Program-made: the position numbers and the translations under genes
Notes under the pieces: generated by a model
What the model was told of the DNA's origin: nothing
The model's database searches: none
The model's input: only the letters and a program-made list of their open reading frames with translations
Part shown: piece by piece, positions 1 to 8,852 of the stretch
Layout of the letters: each line of letters opens with the position of its first letter
Numbering within the stretch: the stretch's first letter is position 1
DNA from: Chloroflexota bacterium
GTDB taxonomy: Bacteria > Chloroflexota > Limnocylindria > Limnocylindrales > CSP1-4
Assembly (NCBI GenBank): GCA_034436555.1
Contig: DAOTUU010000054.1
Coordinates: 94,793-158,792 of the forward strand
Length of the DNA stretch: 64,000 nucleotides
Direction of reading: 5' to 3'

Positions 1-99
1 ATCGCGCGCACCGCCGCGACCGTGGCCACCGTCGCGGTGGTCGCCAACGGTGTCGATCGGCGGATGGACCGCCGCGACGATCGCCGAGATCGCCGCTGA
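1..99 (+). CDS. 3' end of an upstream gene truncated by the window start (C-terminal fragment ...TAATVATVAVVANGVDRRMDRRDDRRDRR*)
   Basis: The frame is open from position 1 with strong GC3 bias and a stop at 97-99. Two perfect hairpins follow. It is absent from the ORF track because it has no start codon inside the window. Confidence 0.3.
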   Translation: MARTAATVATVAVVANGVDRRMDRRDDRRDRR

Positions 100-120
100 G
101 GATCACCTCTCCGGCGGATG

Positions 121-195
121 CGCGAAGGCCGCGGGGCGATGCGTCCCGCGGCCTTCGCGATTCGTTCTGGGGGCCCCGCGAGGGACCCCCAGAAC
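121..195. terminator. Two tandem perfect inverted repeats between convergent genes; putative intrinsic terminators
   Basis: The first is a perfect 15-bp stem (cgcgaaggccgcggg / cccgcggccttcgcg) with a 9-nt loop at 121-159, followed by attcgttct. The second is a perfect 10-bp stem (gttctggggg / cccccagaac) with a 12-nt loop at 164-195, followed by gtttgt. Confidence 0.45.
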
Positions 196-258
196 GTTTG
201 TCAGTGATGATGCGGCCGGGCGAGCCTCAGGCCCGCGCGCGAGTCGGCCGGAAGAGCC

Positions 259-768
259 TCAGGCCTGCGCGGGAGTCGCCGCGCTGCCGCCCTCGAGCGC
301 CTCGTTGATGGCCGCCTCGGCGTCCGCGGACAGGGAGCTCTTGAGCACGTGGCCGCCGTACGGGGCCAGCGCCTCCAGCGTCTTGTCCGGGGTGGCCTTG
401 CGGTACATGATCACGAGGCCCGCCATGCCCGGCTTGAGCACGTCCCGCACCTGCGAGATGAACTCCTGCTTGATGCCCGTGTCGCCCATCTTGCCGAACA
501 GCGCGCCCATCACGCCACCGATCACGAGGCCCGCGACCGGGATGAGGAACAGCAGCCCGAAGATCATGCCCCACAGGGCGCCGCTCGCCGCGCCCGCGCC
601 GGTGGCGTGGGTGGGCGTGCTCATCTTGTACTTGCCCTCGGCGTCGCAGGTCACGACCGCCGCTCCGGCGAGGTCGACCACGAGGTCCTTCTGCAGCTGA
701 CCAAGGGTCCCCAGCGCCTGGTTGGCGGTGGGCTCGTCCTTGTAGCCGATGACGACCAGTTCTGCCAT
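259..768 (-). CDS. DUF1269-family membrane protein (general-stress-type; Gly-zipper transmembrane region GLLFLIPVAGLVIGGVMGALFG)
   Basis: The protein architecture matches the DUF1269 family. It has GC3 bias and is a paralogue of the protein at 1742..2227. Confidence 0.8.
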   Translation of the reverse strand: MAELVVIGYKDEPTANQALGTLGQLQKDLVVDLAGAAVVTCDAEGKYKMSTPTHATGAGAASGALWGMIFGLLFLIPVAGLVIGGVMGALFGKMGDTGIKQEFISQVRDVLKPGMAGLVIMYRKATPDKTLEALAPYGGHVLKSSLSADAEAAINEALEGGSAATPAQA

Positions 769-802
769 GTCTGCTCCGTGATTCGGGGGATGCGGGGTGG
801 GG

Positions 803-1168
803 TCAGGACGCGAGGATGGCGGCCTTCTGCGCCGCGAACTCCGCCTCGGTCAGGATGCCTGCCTTCTGGAGCTCGCCCAGCTTGGTCAGCTGGGCCATCT
901 TCTCGTCCATCGACAGGCCGGCCGGCGCGGGTGCCGCCGCCGGGGCGGGTGCCGCGGCGGCGGCCGCCTGCTGTGCCTGCATCGCCGCGATCTGCTGCTG
1001 CTGGGCCTCCATCTGGGCGGCCATCTGCTGCTGCTCGTACGACTGCTGCTGCTCGTACGCCTGGTTCGCGTACTTCTGCTGCTGTCGGTGCTGGACGGCG
1101 CCGGCGGTGCCGGCGACAACCGCGGTGCCCACCGCCAGCCGGGCGATGCCGGGTCCTCGTCGAAGCAT
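803..1168 (-). CDS. SHOCT-domain protein (Gln/Ala-rich linker, C-terminal LTKLGELQKAGILTEAEFAAQKAAIL)
   Basis: It carries a C-terminal SHOCT motif and a low-complexity Q/A-rich middle region. Confidence 0.75.
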   Translation of the reverse strand: MLRRGPGIARLAVGTAVVAGTAGAVQHRQQQKYANQAYEQQQSYEQQQMAAQMEAQQQQIAAMQAQQAAAAAAPAPAAAPAPAGLSMDEKMAQLTKLGELQKAGILTEAEFAAQKAAILAS

Positions 1169-1178
1169 GGGAGATCTC

Positions 1179-1607
1179 CTACTTGTTGGCTTCGTAGTAC
1201 TCGAGCGCGGCCTTCACGGCCGACGCCGGGATCCGCTCGTTGGCGAGCAGGATGCCGTCCGCGTTCATGACCGCCTCGGCGAAGCGGGCCGACCAGACGT
1301 TCTCCCACACGATGAGGCCCGCGGTCGTCTGGAGCGGCAGCTCCGCGGCGATGTCCTCGATGTCATCGGTGTTGAACAGGCCGTCAACCTCGTACGGCAG
1401 GCCGTCGAAGATGGACCGCTCCTCGTGCGACAGGGAGCTCAGCTCCACCGCCTCCACGTTGCCGTCGCCGTCCTTCTTGACGACGACGAGGTCAAGGATC
1501 CGGACCAGGCCGCGGTCGACCAGGTCCTTGATGGCGGGGATGATCTCCCCCTTGAAGTTGTTGCCCGGGAACGCGATGACCGCGTATTCCACGGATCCGA
1601 CCGCCAT
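1179..1607 (-). CDS. Small acidic conserved hypothetical protein (142 aa, MAVGSVEYAVIAFPGNNFKGE...)
   Basis: I chose the internal ATG because a GGAGG Shine-Dalgarno sequence precedes it. The longer 309-aa form has an Arg/Pro-rich junk N-terminus. Confidence 0.65.
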   Translation of the reverse strand: MAVGSVEYAVIAFPGNNFKGEIIPAIKDLVDRGLVRILDLVVVKKDGDGNVEAVELSSLSHEERSIFDGLPYEVDGLFNTDDIEDIAAELPLQTTAGLIVWENVWSARFAEAVMNADGILLANERIPASAVKAALEYYEANK

Positions 1608-1741
1608 GCGCGTGATTCCTCCTGGGTGTGTGCTGGGTGGGTTGATGGCACGGGCCACCGGGCCGCCGACAGGGGGCGGGCGGCGTCGTCGATGCGAACG
1701 ATAGCCGATGATGGCCGAGGGGCCCGGCGGGCCCGCGGAGG

Positions 1742-2227
1742 TCAGCTCTCGTCGCCCAGCTGGGCCTTCAGCTGCTGCTCGAGGTCCGGGTTCACCGTGG
1801 TCAGATAGACCTTGCCCTGGTAGTTGCCGAACAGGCTGCTGAGCGCTGACGCTGAACCGCTCACGAGGATGAACAGCGCGGACGACCCGGGTGTCAGGTC
1901 CGCGGTCACGTCCTTGACCAGCTGCTTGTCCACGCTGTGACCCAGGCTCTTGCCGATGAGTCCGCCCGCGATGGCCCCGATGGCGAGGCCGATGACCGGG
2001 AAGAACACGAGGCCGATGAGCAACCCCAGGAAGCCGCCGCCGACGGCGCCCGCCTTGGTGGTCTTGTCCACATCGCCGACGTGATGGATCTTGCCGTCCG
2101 CGTCGCACTCGACCATCTCGAGGTCATCCAGCGCGATGCCGCCGTCGCGCTGGAGCTGCCGCACGTCCGCCATGGCGCGACGCGCGTCCTCCGTGTTCCT
2201 GAAGGTCACCACGATCAGATCTGCCAT
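1742..2227 (-). CDS. DUF1269-family membrane protein (second paralogue; MADLIVVTFRNTEDARRAM...)
   Basis: A family-typical N-terminal domain is followed by a Gly-zipper transmembrane region. A GGAGG precedes the chosen ATG, and the 225-aa upstream extension looks non-genic. Confidence 0.75.
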   Translation of the reverse strand: MADLIVVTFRNTEDARRAMADVRQLQRDGGIALDDLEMVECDADGKIHHVGDVDKTTKAGAVGGGFLGLLIGLVFFPVIGLAIGAIAGGLIGKSLGHSVDKQLVKDVTADLTPGSSALFILVSGSASALSSLFGNYQGKVYLTTVNPDLEQQLKAQLGDES

Positions 2228-2448
2228 CGTCTCGTCACTCCTCCCGCCTCCCTGTCTGGGCGCGCCGGTGCATGGCGCGCCACGCACAGCATGCACCGTG
2301 AGGCTCCGGGGCGCATCCCCCGAACCGGATGGATGTGAATCCGCCGGGCGAGGCGCTCCGGCAGGATGCAGGCACCGGGCCGTGCCGTCATCATCAGACA
2401 TCGTCCGCGCGTGGGGCATCCGGCGGCGCGGCGGCAGCGGAGGTCGTG

Positions 2449-3234
2449 ATGAAGGTCCTGGGCTGGGTGGCCATGGCGGCCGCCATCGTCGCCATCGTGA
2501 TCGGGCTGGTGGCAGCGGTGGGGGTCTGGGTCGCGAAGCCCGGGCTCGAGGCGCGCGTCCAGGATCTGCTCGTCTCCGCGGCTGACGGGCTCGTGCGTGC
2601 CGACGAGCTGCTCGACCGGACGGAGGCCTCGGTCGCCGTGGCGAGTGACGCGGTGGCGCGCATCGACACGCTGGCGCGGTCCGTGGCCGAGGACCCGGTC
2701 ATCTCGGAACAGACCCGCACCGACCTCGCCACCAGCATCGAGTCGTTCATCACCGGCCCCTACGCGGACCTCCAGGAGACCTATGCGGGCCTCGCGGAGC
2801 GCGTGGTGGCCGTGTCGCAGGCGCTGGTCATGGTCGACCGGCTGCTGCCGGGCGTGAGCCTGCCCGGCGACGTCGCCCAGTCGCTGACCTCCATCGACGA
2901 GGCGGTGACCCAGCTGGACGCGACGATCACGGGCGGTGCCGGGCTCGTGACCGAGTCGCTCACCGGGCCCTCGCCCGCCGCTCGCGTCGCCGAGCGGACG
3001 CAGCAGGTGGCCGCCACGCTGACCACGGTCCAGGGTCTGATCCCCGGCATCGACGATCGGCTGTCCGCGGCGCAGACGCACGTGGCTGACGCGCAGGCAC
3101 AGCTCTCCACCTGGGCGAACGTGCTCGCGGTGGTGGTGACGCTGCTGGGCCTGTACCTGGCGGGCCTCAACGTGCTGCTGTTCCAGAAGGGTCGCCAGTG
3201 GGCCGGGCGATCAGGGGCGTCCGCCGCGGGCTGA
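2449..3234 (+). CDS. Hypothetical membrane protein (transmembrane helix at each end, long Ala/Val/Thr-rich central region)
   Basis: A GGAGG lies 7 nt upstream of the ATG at 2449 (MKVLGWVAMAAAIVAIVIGL). The upstream 40 aa of the ORF lack coding character. Confidence 0.6.
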   Translation: MKVLGWVAMAAAIVAIVIGLVAAVGVWVAKPGLEARVQDLLVSAADGLVRADELLDRTEASVAVASDAVARIDTLARSVAEDPVISEQTRTDLATSIESFITGPYADLQETYAGLAERVVAVSQALVMVDRLLPGVSLPGDVAQSLTSIDEAVTQLDATITGGAGLVTESLTGPSPAARVAERTQQVAATLTTVQGLIPGIDDRLSAAQTHVADAQAQLSTWANVLAVVVTLLGLYLAGLNVLLFQKGRQWAGRSGASAAG

Positions 3235-3275
3235 CCGCCGTCCCGTCCGGCCGCGGGCCGTCCAGCCGCGGGCCG

Positions 3276-4154
3276 TCAGGCCGCCGGCGCCTCGACGAGC
3301 TCGTCCGCGAGATCCGGGAAGAACCACGCGAACGCATCGAGGATGCCCGTCTCGCCGGACGGCGGCACCACGATGTCCGAGCTGGCCCGGATGTCGTCGG
3401 AGGCATCGCCCATGGCGGCGGACCAGCCGGCGGTCGCCAGGAGCTCTCGGTCGTTGGATCCGTCGCCCACCGCGGCGACCTCTGCGATGGGGATGCCCAG
3501 GTGGTCGGCATACCAGGTCAGCGCCGATCCCTTGTGGACCCCGGGGGCCACGAACTCGAGGCCCGCTCCGTCGCTCCAGACCACCGACGTGAGGCCGTCC
3601 GCCCATGCGAGCGCGGCGTCCCGGACCCGTCCGAAGACACCCGGGTCGAGCGGCAGGAACACCCGCATCGCCCCCTCGCCGGCGAGCGCGCGCAGGTCGG
3701 GGATGCGACGCAGCGCGGGACCATCCTCCGGCGCGTAGCCGTACGCGTGCCACGTCACGCCGTGCCCTGCGCGATGTCCGTCCAGCAGCGACACGATGGG
3801 GTCGACCGCATGCGCCTCGGCGAACTGGAGCGCGTGGAGGTAGCCCGCCGCGGACAGCGAGGTGCGTCGCAGCACGGTGCCGCTCACGGGGTCGGAGATG
3901 AGCGCGCCCTGCATCGTGATCTGGTGCCCGCTCAGGCCCAGCTCGGCCGCGATGTCGGCGACGTTCGTCCAGGGCGAGCGGCCGGTGCACAGGATGACCT
4001 GCGCACCCGAGCGGCGGACGGCCGCCACGGCCCGGACGACCGCGGGGCGGAGCACGCCCAGGTGATCCAGGAGCGTGCCGTCGATGTCGCACGCGACCAG
4101 ACGTGGACGGGGACGGAAGCTGGTCTCGGCCGTGCGCCGGGCGACGCGATCCAT
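3276..4154 (-). CDS. HAD-superfamily hydrolase, Cof-type (HAD-IIB)
   Basis: It has the DIDGTLL motif I and a C-terminal GDGSND motif. The start is set at MDRVARR because the upstream extension is junk. Confidence 0.8.
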   Translation of the reverse strand: MDRVARRTAETSFRPRPRLVACDIDGTLLDHLGVLRPAVVRAVAAVRRSGAQVILCTGRSPWTNVADIAAELGLSGHQITMQGALISDPVSGTVLRRTSLSAAGYLHALQFAEAHAVDPIVSLLDGHRAGHGVTWHAYGYAPEDGPALRRIPDLRALAGEGAMRVFLPLDPGVFGRVRDAALAWADGLTSVVWSDGAGLEFVAPGVHKGSALTWYADHLGIPIAEVAAVGDGSNDRELLATAGWSAAMGDASDDIRASSDIVVPPSGETGILDAFAWFFPDLADELVEAPAA

Positions 4155-4325
4155 GGGGTCTGGGGAGTCCTCCGAGCCTGCGGGTGGAAGCGCGATTGTC
4201 GCCCAGCCAGGTCGAACATGCCCTGACCGACTGCAACCCTTCGACCCGACGGTGCCTCTGGGATGGTGAGACGTGACCCCCGATCCGCCACCCGGCGGAG
4301 CGCGTCGACAGCAAGGAGCCATCCG

Positions 4326-4892
4326 ATGACCCACCTGCGATCACCCCTCGGCATCCGCGCTCGGCGCGTCGGCCTGCTGGCCGTGGCCACGGCGTACGCC
4401 GCGCTCGGGCCGGGCGCCGCGGTCGTCGCGGCCGGCAGCCAGCAGCCCGTGATGCACCGTGAGATCGCGCTGAAGCGCCTGGATGCGGACGATGCGGATG
4501 TCCTCATCGTCAGCGACGACGACGATGATGACGACGACGCCACCACGACCGCCTTCGGGGCCACGGCCACCCGAAACCTCGACGGCGACGCCACGCGCGG
4601 CAACGACGGCACGAACGGCGCCGCCACCCGGACGAGCAACGCGGACGGCGACGCCACGCGCGGCAACGACGGCACGGGCTCGGGCGACGGCGGCACGCGC
4701 ACCTCGAACGCGGACGGCGACACCACGCGCGGTAACGACGGCACGAACGGCGCCGCCACCCGGACGAGCAACGCGGACCACGACGACACCCGCGGCAACG
4801 ACCGGACGGGGGACGGCGACGACACGAAGGGCGAGGACGGCACCGACGGCGGTGACAACACCGGCCCCGGCGCCACCTCCTTGGACGACTGA
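4326..4892 (+). CDS. Secreted acidic tandem-repeat protein (signal peptide, an Asp8 run, four 21-aa repeats ATRGNDGTNGAATRTSNADGD)
   Basis: AAGGAG lies 8 nt upstream. There is a signal peptide MTHLRSPLGIRARRVGLLAVATAYAALGPGAAVVAAG, high GC3, and Ca-binding-like DxDxDG repeats encoded by 63-bp tandem DNA repeats. Confidence 0.6.
   Translation: MTHLRSPLGIRARRVGLLAVATAYAALGPGAAVVAAGSQQPVMHREIALKRLDADDADVLIVSDDDDDDDDATTTAFGATATRNLDGDATRGNDGTNGAATRTSNADGDATRGNDGTGSGDGGTRTSNADGDTTRGNDGTNGAATRTSNADHDDTRGNDRTGDGDDTKGEDGTDGGDNTGPGATSLDD
4590..4850 (+). repeat. 63-bp tandem DNA repeat (about 4 copies) inside the repeat-protein gene
   Basis: The unit cgacgccacgcgcggcaacgacggcacgaacggcgccgccacccggacgagcaacgcggacggcga recurs. 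Confidence 0.7.
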
Positions 4893-5056
4893 CCGGCACC
4901 AGCACGGACCCGTGGTCGTTCGGACCGCGGGATTGACCGATCAGGACCCACGGGCGCGCACTCCCTGACCGCGCCCGCGGGTCCTGTCCGCGTGGTCACG
5001 CCGGCCACCGGCCCCCCATCTCCTCCACCCTCCCGGCCCAGCTATCGTGAGGTCTC

Positions 5057-5944
5057 ATGACGACCACCTCCGCCCGCGCCGCATCCTGGGGCTTCGCTCC
5101 CGGCACCGACCTGGGCGAGGGCCGGGCGGCGGTGCGCCTGCTGGGTGGCGGTGACCGATACGAGGCATGGCTGGGATGGGACGACCATCTGTGCTCCCCG
5201 GTGGTGCTCAAGATCGTCCGTCCGGACCAGGTGGACGATCCGCGCGCGAGGTCCGCCGCAGGGCGCGAGGCGGCCGTCCTCCGGGGCCTGGCACACCCCG
5301 GGATCGTGCGCTGCTTCGGCGCCGATCTCGACGGCCCCCGGCCGTACCTGGTGCTCGAGTTCCTGGACGGACCGCGCCTGTCCACGCTGCTGCGCCGCTA
5401 CGGGCCGCTGACGCACGAACAGCTCGTGCCGCTCGCGACGGAGCTCGGGTCGGCGCTGGCGTACCTCCACCACGAGGGCCTGGTCCACCTGGACGTGAAG
5501 CCGCAGAACCTGATCATGGGCGCGCCGCCCAGGCTCATCGACCTGTCCATCGCCCGCCCCATCAGCGAGTCGGACCGGCTCACCGGACCGCTGGGCACGG
5601 AGGCATACATGGCCCCGGAGCAGTGCGACGTCGGGCTCCTGCCCACCATCGGGCCGGCGACCGATGTCTGGGGCCTCGGCGCGACGCTGTACGAGGCGGC
5701 CAACGGCCACCGCCCGTTCCCTCGGCGCGACGGGCCCGGTGCGCCCTACCCGCAGCTCTCCTGTGCGCCGGCGCCGTTCCATCCCAGGGTGCCCGCGGTG
5801 TTGCGAGCGGCGATCGCGGCCTGCCTCGCGACCGACCCGCGCGATCGGCCCACTCTCGGGGAGCTCATGGATGCCGTGGAGGCGCTCCAGGCGGATGCCC
5901 GGGACGTCGCCCTGAGCCGCTTGCGGCGGCGCGTCCGCTGGTGA
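5057..5944 (+). CDS. Serine/threonine protein kinase (kinase domain only, about 295 aa)
   Basis: It has the catalytic loop HLDVKPQN, an APE motif (YMAPEQ), and VLKIV around the VAIK lysine. Confidence 0.85.
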   Translation: MTTTSARAASWGFAPGTDLGEGRAAVRLLGGGDRYEAWLGWDDHLCSPVVLKIVRPDQVDDPRARSAAGREAAVLRGLAHPGIVRCFGADLDGPRPYLVLEFLDGPRLSTLLRRYGPLTHEQLVPLATELGSALAYLHHEGLVHLDVKPQNLIMGAPPRLIDLSIARPISESDRLTGPLGTEAYMAPEQCDVGLLPTIGPATDVWGLGATLYEAANGHRPFPRRDGPGAPYPQLSCAPAPFHPRVPAVLRAAIAACLATDPRDRPTLGELMDAVEALQADARDVALSRLRRRVRW

Positions 5945-6007
5945 GCGCCGAGACGGGCGGCCTCCCGGCTCGGCCCCGCGCTCCGCGCCCCGCCCGCGCC
6001 GCTCGCG

Positions 6008-6889
6008 ATGGGTACGCTTCACGCCATGTCGACCACCGACCTGCTCGCCGCGTGTTGGACCTCCGCCGGGGCCTGCGACGCCCGTCCCGACACGCCCGAC
6101 GACCGCTCGCCGCTCCCCATCCGGCGGCGCGTGGAGGCGGTCGCCGCAGCCGGGTTCACCGGGTTCGGCATCCGTCACGGGGACCTGCTGCGGGTGGAGG
6201 CGGATCCGGGCTTCCCCGCGTTCCGGCGGATGCTCGACGACCACGGACTGCGCATCCTGGAGCTCGAGTTCCTGGAGGGCTGGTTCCTGCCCCCGGGTGA
6301 GCCACGCGCCGCGTCCGATCGAGCCCGGGCCGATCTCCTGCGGGCGGCGGAATCCCTGGGCGCTCGACACATCAAGGTCGGCGCCGACTTCGCAGGCGGC
6401 CCCTTCGAGGCCGAGCGGATGGCGCCGCACCTCGCGGAGCTGGCGCGGCAGGCGGCCGATGCAGGGACGCGGATCGCCTTGGAGCCGATGCCGTTCACGG
6501 ACGTGCGCACGCCCTTCCAGGGTCTGGAGCTGGTGGACCTGGTCGATCACCCGGCAGCCGGGCTGTGCCTCGACATCTGGCATGTCGAGCGGGCCGGGGT
6601 GCGGGTCGCGGCCGTCGCGAGCATCCCGGGACACCGGATCGTGGCGGTGGAGCTGGACGATGCACCGCGCCAGCCGGAGCAGGCGCTGCTGCCCGACACG
6701 TTCGCGGGTCGGCGGTTCCCGGGCGAGGGCGACTTCGATGTGTCGGGGTTCGTGGCCGCCATCCGCGCCACCGGCTTCGACGGCGCGTTCGGGGTGGAGA
6801 TGCTGTCGACCGCGTTCCGTGCGCTCCCCGTGGAGGAGGCCACGCGCCACGCGTACGAGACCGCCGCGCGATTCGTCCTGGCCGACTGA
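6008..6889 (+). CDS. Sugar phosphate isomerase/epimerase (xylose-isomerase-like TIM barrel)
   Basis: The AP-endonuclease-2/TIM-barrel family pattern is present (HIKVGADFAG...LEPMPF...CLDIWH). The start may be 6026. Confidence 0.8.
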   Translation: MGTLHAMSTTDLLAACWTSAGACDARPDTPDDRSPLPIRRRVEAVAAAGFTGFGIRHGDLLRVEADPGFPAFRRMLDDHGLRILELEFLEGWFLPPGEPRAASDRARADLLRAAESLGARHIKVGADFAGGPFEAERMAPHLAELARQAADAGTRIALEPMPFTDVRTPFQGLELVDLVDHPAAGLCLDIWHVERAGVRVAAVASIPGHRIVAVELDDAPRQPEQALLPDTFAGRRFPGEGDFDVSGFVAAIRATGFDGAFGVEMLSTAFRALPVEEATRHAYETAARFVLAD

Positions 6890-6905
6890 CGGCGCCGCCG
6901 GCCGA

Positions 6906-7961
6906 TCAGCCTCCCTCCCAGCCCGTCCCCTCCGCGGCCCGCCGCAGCCGGTCCATCACGGCGCGGCCGATGCCGGTCTCCGGCACGCCCTCGACCACGA
7001 GGTCCGTCACGCCGGCAGTCTCCGCGTCGCGCAGGGCCTGGTACAGCCGCGCCGCCAGGTCCTCGGCGCCGGCGGTCCTGGCGACCCCCACGACCCCGGC
7101 GGGAACCGCGCCCGGCCCCACCAGGCCGACCCGTCGCCCGGGGCTGGCCGCCGCCGGCCTGGCCGCCGCTGGCCGTTCCGCCACCAGCCGTTCCGCCACC
7201 AGCCGTTCCGCCACCGCGGGTCCGTCGCCGACCGGGGCGATGACCACCCGGCACCTCGGCGCGTAATGACGGTGCCGCGTCCCGGGGGACGCCGCCAGGT
7301 CCCCTGCCCGCGTCGCATGCACCACGTCGTCCACCCCGGCGACGGCCCGCAGCTGTTCTCGTGGCACGCCGCCCTCGCGCAGCACGATCGGAACGGCCCC
7401 CCGTGCATCGACGACCGTCGACTCCACGCCCACCCGACACGGCCCGCCGTCCACGACCACGTCGACCTCGTCGGCCAGATCGTCCAGGACGTGCCCCGCG
7501 GTCGTGGGTGAGGGCCGCCCGGACCGGTTCGCCGACGGCGCCGCGATGGGCAGGCCCGCCGCCCGCAACAGGGCGAGGGCGACCGGATGGTCGGGCACCC
7601 GCACCGCCACGCTGGGCAGTCCGGCGGTCACCGATCGCGGCAGACCCTCGACCGCCGTCAGCACCAGGGTCAGCGGTCCCGGCCAGAATGCATCGGCCAG
7701 CCGGAGCGCCAGGGGGGTCGGGCCAGTCGTCACCCGCCAGGCGGTCTCCGCGTCGGGCGCGTGCACGATCACCGGATTGTCGACCGGGCGGCCCTTCCTC
7801 GCGAAGATGCGCGCCACCGCCGCCGGGTCGAGGGCATTCGCCCCCAGCCCGTAGACCGTCTCGGTGGGGAACGCGACCAGCCCGCCCGCCCGGAGCGCGC
7901 TGGACGCCTCCGCCAGGTCCGCCTCCGTCACTCGCGCCGGGTCCACCACGATCAGCCGCAT
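6906..7961 (-). CDS. L-threonylcarbamoyladenylate synthase (Sua5/YrdC/TsaC family, with a C-terminal Sua5 domain)
   Basis: The YrdC fold motifs are present (AFPTETVYGLGANALD, KGRPVDNPVIVH). A linker repeat VAERLVAERLVAER is also seen. Confidence 0.85.
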   Translation of the reverse strand: MRLIVVDPARVTEADLAEASSALRAGGLVAFPTETVYGLGANALDPAAVARIFARKGRPVDNPVIVHAPDAETAWRVTTGPTPLALRLADAFWPGPLTLVLTAVEGLPRSVTAGLPSVAVRVPDHPVALALLRAAGLPIAAPSANRSGRPSPTTAGHVLDDLADEVDVVVDGGPCRVGVESTVVDARGAVPIVLREGGVPREQLRAVAGVDDVVHATRAGDLAASPGTRHRHYAPRCRVVIAPVGDGPAVAERLVAERLVAERPAAARPAAASPGRRVGLVGPGAVPAGVVGVARTAGAEDLAARLYQALRDAETAGVTDLVVEGVPETGIGRAVMDRLRRAAEGTGWEGG

Positions 7962-8005
7962 CAGGCGCACCTTACCCGCGTCGGGTCCGCGCGGCGCGGC
8001 CTACG

Positions 8006-8851
8006 ATGCCGGGCATGACCCGGACCATCGCGACACCCGACGGGACGACCCTCCTCACCCGCGACTGGACCCCCGACGCCGATCCCTGGCTGCACCTGCT
8101 GCTCGTCCATGGCGTCGGCGAGCACAGCGGCCGATACGACCGGACGGGCCGTCTGCTCGCGGAGGCGGGCGTCATGGTGACGGCCTACGACCATCGCGGA
8201 CACGGCAGATCGAGCGGACGGCGCGGCGACGTCGAGCGCTGGGCCGACCTGATCGACGATGCTGGCCGCGTGCTCGCGGATGTGCGCGGCCGGGCCGGCA
8301 CCGGGCCGGTCGCGATGCTGGCCCATTCGATGGGCGGCCTCGTCGCGCTCGACCTCGTCGCGGCGGACCGGCCGACGCCCGACCTGCTGGTGCTCAGCGC
8401 GCCGGGCCTGGGTGATGCGCTGCCGGGATGGCAGCACCGGCTGGCGCCGCTGCTCGCGCGCGTCCTGCCCACGTTCCCGGTGTCCAACGCCTGGGACGGC
8501 TCGGTGCTGTCGCGGGACCCCGCCGTGGGTGCGGCGGCGGCCGCCGACCCGCGGTGCACGTCGGCCACGACCGCGCGGCTGGGTGCGGCGGCGTTCAGCG
8601 CGCAGGACCGGGTGAACGCGTGGATCGCCGGGCTGGCGGCGATGCCCCTGCCCACGCTGCTGCTCCACGGCACGGACGACGGCCTCGTCCCGGCGAGCGC
8701 CACCGAGGCGCTGGGCCGGGTCGCGGGCGTGGAGCGGCGGACCCACCCGGGCCTCCGACACGAGCTGCTCAACGAGCCCGAGGGCCCCTCGATCGTGGCG
8801 GAGATCGTCGACTGGCTGCGCACCCGGACGGCGGAGCCGGTGCCGCGCTGA
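8006..8851 (+). CDS. Alpha/beta hydrolase (lysophospholipase/monoacylglycerol-lipase-like)
   Basis: It has HGVGEHSGRY, a nucleophile elbow GHSMGG and a C-terminal HGTDD...H triad. The 5' 215 aa of the listed 496-aa ORF are antisense junk. The start could be 8015. Confidence 0.8.
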   Translation: MPGMTRTIATPDGTTLLTRDWTPDADPWLHLLLVHGVGEHSGRYDRTGRLLAEAGVMVTAYDHRGHGRSSGRRGDVERWADLIDDAGRVLADVRGRAGTGPVAMLAHSMGGLVALDLVAADRPTPDLLVLSAPGLGDALPGWQHRLAPLLARVLPTFPVSNAWDGSVLSRDPAVGAAAAADPRCTSATTARLGAAAFSAQDRVNAWIAGLAAMPLPTLLLHGTDDGLVPASATEALGRVAGVERRTHPGLRHELLNEPEGPSIVAEIVDWLRTRTAEPVPR

Positions 8852-8852
8852 G

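Noticed and set aside
50-700. A 216-aa ORF on the plus strand at the window start
   Set aside because: It is antisense to the DUF1269 gene at 259..768 and passes through two strong hairpins. Only the first about 99 nt, in a different frame, look coding.
3932-5008. A 358-aa Pro/Ser/Val-rich ORF on the minus strand over the repeat-protein gene
   Set aside because: It overlaps the HAD hydrolase gene in another frame and lacks a signal peptide or RBS. The plus-strand frame has the signal peptide, the AAGGAG sequence and GC3 bias. Some uncertainty remains because all frames are open in this repeat.
5042-6850. A 602-aa ORF on the minus strand
   Set aside because: It is antisense to the Ser/Thr kinase and the TIM-barrel isomerase genes, which both have clear motifs on the plus strand.
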